The notes under the pieces were generated by a model, which was not told the DNA's origin, did not search any database, and worked only from the letters and a program-made list of their open reading frames with translations. The position numbers were made by a program, and so were the translations under genes. Below are positions 55,908-64,000 of a stretch of 64,000 nucleotides of DNA, piece after piece. This DNA comes from Balanoglossus misakiensis (lineage: Eukaryota; Animalia; Hemichordata), in the NCBI GenBank assembly GCA_040954595.2, contig CM082598.2, positions 2,983,154 through 3,047,153 on the forward strand. The letters are read 5' to 3'. Position 1 is the stretch's first letter, and each line of letters begins with the position of its first letter.

Positions 55908-56712
55908 GGCTGCATTCACAAACACCTCTGGAGGGGGGGGCGGGAGAATTCAATTTTTTTTACCGCTAATTTTCACATGCCCCCCTTCCGAACTGCCAAT
56001 ATTTTCAAATCCCCCCCTTCCGAACTGCCAAAATTTTGAAATCCCCCCCCCTCCCATTTTCTTTCACAGAGCAAAACACATCACCTATCTATCTTGTAAA
56101 AAGAAAAACAGCGCTCCCATGAAAAGAATTTGAAACTGATGTTTCCCCTCATCAGTGGGTATTAAAACTGCACATTGTTTTTATTTTTTAAGTACATATA
56201 TTTGTATTCTGTGTTGAGAGACATTGTAAACCGAGAATTGAAGGGGGTGGGTTTGGGAGGGGGTGTCCCCCTCCCACGTAAGAAAATTTTCTAAAATACA
56301 GAGCTCAAAGCTGCATTTTAATGAACCCGCCAAACGCAAATTAACTCAACTACCGGTATGTTGGGGACGACAACTTTAACCGTCGCCGCTCAAAGTTATC
56401 ATGGGGTGGGGCAAGTCCCCTGACCTGGGACACTAGATAAACCAGTCAATGATTGAAAGGTGTTGATGAATGGAGGGGGTGGGTGTGGGAGGGGGTGTCC
56501 CCCTCCCACATTAGAAAATTTTGTAAAATAAAGGGCGCGAAACTGCATTTTTGTGGACTCAAAATAAATATTTAGTCGTTAAAGTTTTCAAGTCCCCCCC
56601 TTTCAGTCCCTAAATTATTTCAAATCCCCCCCCTTACATACCCTCAATTTTTTCAAATCCCCCCCCTCAATTCTCCCGCCCCCCCCCTCCAGAGGTGTTT
56701 GTGAATGCAGCC
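55908..56712. mobile_element. PIF/Harbinger-type MITE (~805 bp)
   Basis: ~45-bp TIR GGCTGCATTCACAAACACCTCTGGAGGGGGGGGCGGGAGAATT, flanked by a 3-bp TTA duplication. Internal AAATCCCCCCC and GGGGTGTCCCCCTCCCAC subrepeats; no transposase. Confidence 0.8.
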
Positions 56713-57071
56713 TTATGCATATTAATGAGAGAGAACAGTCATTTACGATCATTGCAGACTAGACGTAAATAGGGTTGATCGCAAATGACGTCACTGTTCT
56801 CTCTCATTTTTGAGCCATCTTGTTTACTGCATTTGTTACACCGCGTGCACACCATGTACATGAATGTGAACGGCATTTGTGTCCGGTATCGCAACTTGAC
56901 CCGGTCGGACAAATAAAGCGTGGCATTCACTGCTTTATACGACGGGACGAGGACTGTTGTCACGCTTGGTCGCTGCTACCTATTAATACGGTTGTCTACT
57001 TTTTTTTATTTTCACAGATCAAAACAGACCAAAAATTCAGACGCGGGCCAGTTACATTCCAAGTCATTATT

Positions 57072-57941
57072 ATGGCCTCTCTTACAAATGGCGAGCACAC
57101 TTTGAAAGAGGAGAAACAAGTCGGTGAAGAGAAGAGATTTGAGAGTATGTCGGTGAATGAAGACCGCGAACGGGCTAGTCTGAATCAACGGGAAATCGAC
57201 GAGACGCGTCGCCGAGAGAGACTCATGTTAATAGAGGGTCGCAAAAGTCATATGATAGCCGGTCCACCTATGCTGATCACGTCGAGTGGTGCTTCGGTCA
57301 GCGGTCGCCCCACGTTTGCCGATACCCTCAACGGCATTTCCCACAAACCACTCGATCTGAGCTACCCGAAAATCTCCAGTGCAATTAGCCCATACAAACT
57401 GTACCCGTACCCGCCGCACGCCATGCCACATTCCCACCCAGGTATCTCGCCGTACAGCTTCAGCGATCCGGCGGCCCTGTCGGCGGCGGCCGTGGCCGCT
57501 TACGGCACCTACCCGCTCTACCCGAGCATGATGGAATCAGCGGTGACGCCGTCATCATCGTCGTCGTCCGCGTCGAGCATCAAATTCCTGCTCAGTTCAT
57601 TGTTACGCAAGAGACGCAGCAGTGATGCCTCCCAGCAGTCTCAGTCGTCGAACTCGTCTCAAGGATCCTCCACCGCCGAATCCCAGCAGCCCAACTCCTC
57701 AATGTCACCGCAGAAGAAAGCGCGCGCCGTCCCCGAGGAGAAGAAGGACGCCGCGTACTGGGAGCAGAGGAGGAAAAACAACGACGCTGCAAAGCGATAC
57801 CGGGACGCGAGGAGGGCGAAAGAGGAAGAGATCGCCCTGCGGGCCGCTTTCCTCGAACAAGAAAACATGAAGCTCAGAGCCGAAGTATCAATTCTCAAAA
57901 ACAAACTCGCAGATTCTGAATCTGTTTGGAGGCCGTGGTAG
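57072..57941 (+). CDS. PAR-family bZIP transcription factor, ces-2/giant-like (289 aa)
   Basis: VPEEKKDAAYWEQRRKNNDAAKRYRDARRAKEEEIALRAAFLEQENMKLRAEV is a giant/CES-2-type basic region and zipper. PLDLS CtBP-binding motif. A splice acceptor TTTTCACAG ending at 57017 implies ATG 57072 rather than the 56820 ORF start. Confidence 0.85.
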   Translation: MASLTNGEHTLKEEKQVGEEKRFESMSVNEDRERASLNQREIDETRRRERLMLIEGRKSHMIAGPPMLITSSGASVSGRPTFADTLNGISHKPLDLSYPKISSAISPYKLYPYPPHAMPHSHPGISPYSFSDPAALSAAAVAAYGTYPLYPSMMESAVTPSSSSSSASSIKFLLSSLLRKRRSSDASQQSQSSNSSQGSSTAESQQPNSSMSPQKKARAVPEEKKDAAYWEQRRKNNDAAKRYRDARRAKEEEIALRAAFLEQENMKLRAEVSILKNKLADSESVWRPW

Positions 57942-58955
57942 AAACCACCGGAACATTCCAACGGACTATTACTTAAAAAAGAACTTATTTACTACATGTG
58001 TAAATACAAAGTACAGATTTATGCTTTCACAGTTGTTAAAGAATCTATATTTTTTATTTTGTAAATACTGAAGAGTTATATATTTTTTATTTCGACGATG
58101 GTGCGTTTTCTACAACTTTACAAAAACCGAAATCGGGTTTTTGCAGCACAAGTACATTTGCGCCCGATTTCCAAACTTTGAGGGGCCAACGTTTGCTCGT
58201 TCAAACATAACCATAGAGTAGGCATTAATGGCACTTGAGGGTCTCACTATCATTTTCTTTGTTGCAACTATGAAGAGATGTTTGTGTATGAATTGCGCTG
58301 TTCCCTTTACAACATGAGTGCTGTGAATGGTTGTTATACACCATTTGGTAAGCACAATAACATACAATACTTTTTACCCATCTAAGGGAGCCGTCATTAT
58401 TTATGGCCTGGGGGGGGGGGGGGTCGGAGGAATCAAGGGGGGGTTACTCAAAAATTGGAAGGCTGCAAGGGGGGGTTTCTCAAAAATTGTAGATGAAGAG
58501 GGGGGGGTCACTCATTTTTGGGAAATGTATCAAAGTTTTTCAACTGAAAGATTTAGTTGTGTGCTGTGCAAGTGCTGCAGCGCTCCGCGACCTCTGGTCG
58601 CGGAACACCAGAGTGTCCACACTGCACTATCAAAGTATTTTTCCCAAAATTTGCTGATAAAGGATTGGCATGCTTGCCTGATCATGCATAAAAAACATTA
58701 CTCCTTATTATATCAACAAAGTTTGATAATCATTTTGACTTTTAACGATGCCTGTCCAAATTACACAATGCTACTTGATGGTTACTGGTTATGGGTGAGC
58801 TTTTACGGTAATCATTATTTAGTTGTGACTTTGAGATTGTTTTGTTGTTTCACCCTTTTCAATCCATCATGATGCAACTGATGATCACCTACAATGTAGC
58901 AGGGTGAACCTGGAGTTGAAAGGTCTTTTACTACACTACTGTAATAGTGATTTTT

Positions 58956-59212
58956 ATAATATACCTCATGCTAATACTGTGTCGTGATTCGCCAGAATCC
59001 GTCACGTGATAGGAAAATAGAATCGACTATGAACCGCTAGGGAAATAGCAGAAAAAATATAAACCGGTCACGTGACCAGCGTGAGTGCGCAAACTCGGTC
59101 ACGTCCATCAGCGTCGCTTCGTCTGACACAATGGCCACCGCGGAAGATGTCGTCTGCCAACCTCAAGAGAAAATTGCCAGATTTTCCCAGCTGTTAGCAT
59201 GAGGTTTATTAT
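58956..59212. mobile_element. Nested small TIR element
   Basis: ATAATATACCTCATGCTAA ... TTAGCATGAGGTTTATTAT: 19-bp TIR with 1 mismatch. Confidence 0.55.
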
Positions 59213-59410
59213 AAAACACCTATAGCCTGGCCTATATTCGGGCCATAGCAGCCGTTTTTACCCCCTCGTGACTGTGAGTTACCAGAATCATATGCTATTT
59301 GCCTCGGCCTGCGGCCTCGGGAAATAGCATATGATTCTGGTAACTCACAGCCCCTCGGGTGTAATAAACGGCCGCTATGGCCCTCATGGCCAGGCAATAG
59401 GTGTTCAATA
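59212..59410. repeat. ~200-bp near-perfect palindrome (foldback element)
   Basis: AACACCTAT.GCCTGGCC...CTGTGAGTTACCAGAATCATATGCTATTT / AAATAGCATATGATTCTGGTAACTCACAG...GGCCAGGCAATAGGTGTT. Confidence 0.85.
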
Positions 59411-61272
59411 CAGATACATGTATTGATATGTAGTTGTTCCGGTTTTAGGGGGGGGGGGCCAGTCGAAATTTCTGTGTTGGAAGGGGGGGGTTTCTCAAAA
59501 TCTGCATGCTTGGCAGGGGGGGTTTCTCAAAATTTTGGAGTTTCTAGTGTAATTCCTCCGACCCCCCCCCCCCCCCCCCAGGCCGTAAATAATGACGGCT
59601 CCCTAAAATCAACAAATACGAAAAACGTGGAGCTTGTGCCTCTAAGTCAAACACTTAATTAAAAACTTATAGGTGCAAAGTCATGGTTTAATGATCAAGT
59701 GATCAGTTGAAAGGATGGTCAAGGCATATTCCAGTACATGTATCAACCATTTTCTGCTTGAAATGATCATTTTTCAATTTATCAATTTTGACCCAGCCTT
59801 TTATGTAGATTTTTAGACTGTTGATATTTAATTTCATGTTGGTCCATAAAATATGTCTGTGTTCCATCAACATTTAACAAAGCTACACATAGCTGTATGT
59901 GACTACGTACATGAAGTGTAGGCTGTTTCGACTTGAAATGGCGACTACTGAAAATACAAAATTATTCTAGGAAGTAGTGGAATCTGCAGTTGTTCAGTCA
60001 ACTGTATTTGATGATTTCAAAGCCCCACTGTGTATTCTAATCCTTTTACCACAATACCACCATTTTGTAGTCCAAATCCATTGTTGCCTATAGTGAAGTT
60101 GGACCTCTATTCAGACAAATAGGGATGACAAATGTGCTACAGATATGATTTGCAAGCTTGTGGATCTTTTTAATTTTGGATTAAGAACATGAGACAGTGA
60201 CTAAGATATGTAGTACTAATAATTGGTCAGCTTTTTGACCAATGTGGATGTCACTTAGGTAAATGAATGTCACCTCAAAGTTTGTGAAGTTTAGCTCACA
60301 CTTGTAGGCTTTGACGATTCACTACCCATGTGGGATTGGCTTCCTATTTTTGCATTCAAATGTGCATGTTTCCTCGCAATCCACATTTGCAAACTCGTTT
60401 GATAAGTACCGGTACATGTGTTGATAAAACACTCAGATTCAAAATTAGAATCATGTAAGTAATGCAAAAACAATAATACAGCTGATTAGGATTTAGGTGA
60501 TTATAGCAGTTGTATTTTCCACTTTGGACACGTAACAGTGTGTTTTTGTTGTTTTTTATAGCTATTTAGCAGTGGTTTACTTATTAGCCCATGCTTCAAT
60601 GTAAAAAAGACTAGACTCCTGTAACAGGGAAATATTTGTTTAGCAGTTACATGTAAATGGTGGCATCAGCAGTGTCTTATATATGCATGCTTCAGTGAGA
60701 ACATATCAAAGATAGACCACAAATATTCTGATTCAGTCAGAGATAGGTGTCAACCTTTTATCATAACTTTGAATGAAGAAAGTATCATTTTACTTGACTA
60801 TTTCAGTACGTTCGTAACGTCAGAGACATTACATTGAAATTTATGCTGAAAACTTACTTTGTTATCAAGAGAAATTCATACATTTAAGTGCTAGTATATC
60901 GGTGATAATCAGCTCACAGACCTCAACCAAAGAAATGTCATGATCTTGGTATTTTACTTTTGATCAAAGTAGAAGATGCTTCTGTTGCTTTGCACATGTA
61001 TGACCTAGCTAATTTGAATTCAATGCTAGATATGAGGCAGTACATTTGTACAAGGCAATTCAATGTGATGACAGACCTCCATGACCTCAGCATGAGATCT
61101 GTGGTGTACTCAAGTTATTTTCACAATAGATGCATTGATATCCTTTGGTAGTACACTTTACAAGTGAGACAAATGAAAGTACAGTAAAACCTGTCTAAAC
61201 CGAACACCAAAGGGACTGGAGAAATTGAGAAATAACTTTAGTACCCCAGAGATCACAGGGAACTTAGTAATT

Positions 61273-61274
<2 letters not shown>

Positions 61275-61319
<45 letters not shown>

Positions 61320-61320
61320 G
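61275..61320. repeat. (GTT)n microsatellite
   Basis: About 15 GTT units. Confidence 0.9.
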
Positions 61321-61809
61321 AGATTGGTAATAAAATTAAAAAAAAAATCAATGTGTCATTTCTTGCTATGTTTGTCGATGTTGTAGATAACTGTAAAAAA
61401 AACACAACCATAATCGTGGAAAACACGACCTAGGTCGCCGAATGTCACTACCGTCTTACATACAGGCAAGGGTGGAATCCACATGCCCTGGATCTAGGCT
61501 CATGGGCCACCTTCAAGGCCCTGAAAAATCACCCCATTCACCAGCGAGCGATTAAATTATGCCACCATAGGCATTGAAATTTATCTCACTGACCTAATTT
61601 GGGCTTCACTTCATCTATCGACCTGTTCTGTTATTATTTCATATACTCTCACAAATAAGATGATAACAGTAGGTTCAGAAGCGATGCTGTGTCATTTTGT
61701 GTAATCATACATCGCCATGGTTACAGTCTGGACGCAATCGTGACAAGGTTGATGGATCTCTGGGGTACTAAAGTTATTTTCACCCCATGTTGTGATGTGT
61801 TATGTTGTA

Positions 61810-61987
61810 CAGTAAAACCTGTCTAAACCGAACCCTGTGTAATCTGGAAACCTGTCTATGTTGAACACATTTTCCAGTCGCCCTTTAACATATAACCACA
61901 TGTTAAAAGAAGATATAAACTGGACACCTCCGCAAACCGAACAATTTCTCCAGTCCCTTTGGTGTTCGGTTTAGACAGGTTTTACTG
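61810..61987. mobile_element. Tc1/mariner-pogo-type MITE (178 bp) with TA target duplication
   Basis: TA|CAGTAAAACCTGTCTAAACCGAAC ... GTTCGGTTTAGACAGGTTTTACTG|TA: 24-bp perfect TIR. Confidence 0.8.
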
Positions 61988-63568
61988 TACTTTCATTTGT
62001 CTCACTTGTAAAGTGTACTACCAAAGGATATCAATGCATCTATTGTGAAAATAACTTGAGTACACCACAGATCTCATGCTGAGGTCATGGAGGTCTGTCA
62101 TCACATTGAATTGCCTTGTATAAATGTACTGCCTCATATCTAGGATTGAATTCAAATTAGCTAGGTCATATATGTGCAAAGCAACAGAAGCATCTTCTAC
62201 TTTGATCAAAAGTAAAATACAAAGATCATGACATTTCTTTGGTCAGATGACACAGTCATTAAGTCAGTTCCTCAGTTCTATTACCATGAGTTGTATGCAG
62301 GATTAATAGCAGGAGAACTATAATGACAGAAACATCAGTCTGAATATTCCATGTTACTTTTGTCTGGTCTGATTTACAGTCTTTGCATATGCATGTGGTA
62401 GCTGTTTGAAAACTGAATGTTTGCTTTTAAAGCTTTTTGAAGTGTTTATTACAGGCACAGTCGTTCTGACCATTTAATGAACAACTGTACTGTATATTAT
62501 CCTGCAACTTTTTTGTCCAGTATTTTAAAATTTTAAGGAGTTATCTTGTATCATCTTGTTATATTTCTGGGCATCATTTAAAGGTTTTTATAACAATGCC
62601 ACAACAAAATAGAGAATTCAGAGACATTACATTTTTGATTTGCAGGAAAAATTACCAGCAACATATTCAAGAAACACAATCAGTCATGCTTATAGTTAAT
62701 CCTTTCTCACCAATGGCAATCAGAAGGCAGTCATATTGAACCTTCTCTGTAGTGATTACAACATGTAGTGATACTTCGATTTGATAAAAAGAATCAGTCT
62801 TTTTCATGAGTGGCAGTAATTACACCATTCAACCAACATAGAGCTAGATCTAGCTAACTGACATGAAGCCCATTGTTGAACATTTTTACTTGGATTGTGT
62901 TAGCTTTGTTTTATATTTACAACAAATGTTTCCCTTGCATGTCTCATGTAGGTAGAAATAAACTAATGTTCTAATGTTCAGAAAGGGATTGCAGTTGTCA
63001 ATTTCAATACCAAGCATGCACACATAGTACTGGTAGTGTCCTATATTGATTCAGTCTGATTTATACCATGGCATGTTAAGGTAAAGTCTAGTGGATCTTT
63101 TTTAAATAACAGAAGATATTAACACACAGGTTTTGTGAATATTAACAACCCTTTTTTATTTCCAAACTTAATTTACTTGGGGGACTGACTGCAGCCAACA
63201 ACCCTGTCCTTTGTCAAGCAGCCTCTGCTGTAAGCTGTACTTGTCCACTGTATAAAAGAAAAGGGAAATTGTTTTCTGTTGAAAATGACAGATTTTAATG
63301 TTAAATTTTCTTTTGCAAACTTCAGGATATCACAGGATATCACCATTTTCCATGTCATCACATATCTTTCATACTGTCAATCACTGCACACTACAAAGTG
63401 TCACAATCAATGTCATCTTTCGCTTTCCAATACAGTATCAAAATACATGTACAGTTATCTTTCATACCTTCACCACCACTGTCCTCTGCATAATGTCACA
63501 ATCACAGCCATCTATTGACCCCATTTGTCATAAAATGTATGAAAAATGGGAGTTGTAGAGCAGAAGAT

Positions 63569-63615
63569 GTGTATGTATGTATATATATGTATGTATGTAT
63601 GTACTGTATGTACAT

Positions 63616-63647
<32 letters not shown>

Positions 63648-63653
63648 TGTATG
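63569..63653. repeat. (GTAT)n tetranucleotide microsatellite
   Basis: Interrupted GTAT run. Confidence 0.85.
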
Positions 63654-64000
63654 TTCATAAATTAGTTCATAAATTATATTCCAAAATTGAAAAGAGCTGA
63701 AGCCAATTAACTTACTGATTAACGCAATTTTGTACAAACATTTACATAAACTATGGTCAGTTTTCAACAAATGTGCTTGAATTATTGGTTTTACATGCAT
63801 TCAGTCATTTGACGTTACTTATTGTATGTAAGCTGTCTTGCTAAATACCGTACAGGAAACTTCAATCTCCTAACTAGTCATCAGAAAGAACAGCTTGTTT
63901 CCCATTAGCCACAGATGCTCTTCAACATACATCCATCAGGAGTCCTCAAATGAATAGACATGCATAGGTTCATCGCTGAACCTCGAAAGAATAGAAATGC

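Larger units (their letters stand above)
58386..59603. mobile_element. PIF/Harbinger-type non-autonomous element (~1.2 kb) with nested insertions
   Basis: TAA|GGGAGCCGTCATTATTTATGGCCTGGGG..GTCGGAGGAAT ... ATTCCTCCGACCCC..CAGGCCGTAAATAATGACGGCTCCC|TAA. Confidence 0.82.
60926..62243. repeat. 302-bp inverted duplication (arms 60926-61227 and 61942-62243)
   Basis: The arms are near-identical reverse complements; the ORF track shows nearly the same 63-aa peptide at 60960(+) and 62018(-). Confidence 0.92.

Noticed and set aside
54902-57018. Fusion of peptide gene B exon 2 to the bZIP acceptor
   Set aside because: The phase-1 donor is out of frame with the bZIP ORF and yields a short Cys-free tail.
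56820-57071. N-terminal 84-aa extension of the bZIP ORF
   Set aside because: It starts at a non-ATG codon and runs through a polypyrimidine tract and acceptor; it is intronic/UTR sequence.
58327-58872. 181-aa ORF as a possible transposase
   Set aside because: No DDE or Myb motifs; it reads through the G-rich MITE terminus.
60960-62209. Two nearly identical 63-aa ORFs on opposite strands as duplicated genes
   Set aside because: They are a by-product of the inverted duplication, with TTG starts and no splice or domain support.

Overview
This is eukaryotic (animal) genomic DNA, AT-rich with spliceosomal introns. Protein similarities suggest a marine invertebrate deuterostome (hemichordate/echinoderm-like), but the species cannot be fixed from the sequence alone. 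I assembled the gene models by hand from splice sites and exon phases. In order: a possible first coding exon of a gene running off the left edge; ATP6V1E1 (-, 7 exons) head-to-head with NUP37 (+, 7 exons); a ~2081-aa DED-NACHT NLR-like receptor (-) with ~150-aa C-terminal tandem repeats and a second upstream DED cut off by one in-frame TGA; MRPL23 (-); a ~717-aa Bcl-G/BID-clade Bcl-2 family protein (+) with two BH3 motifs, many caspase-type sites and an NF-kB+STAT promoter; intronless PTPMT1 (+); BCL2L13/Bcl-rambo (-) with a GC-AG intron and a LIR motif; an intron-containing tRNA-Ile(TAT); two tandem small secreted prepropeptide genes, one yielding a predicted cyclic nonapeptide SCWKSPWRC; and a ces-2/giant-like PAR-bZIP gene. 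There are also many MITEs and a 302-bp inverted duplication. The best leads are a clustered, possibly functional DED-NLR -> caspase-8 -> BID-like/Bcl-rambo death module, and the allatostatin-C/somatostatin-like peptide gene pair, which the ORF track cannot assemble.
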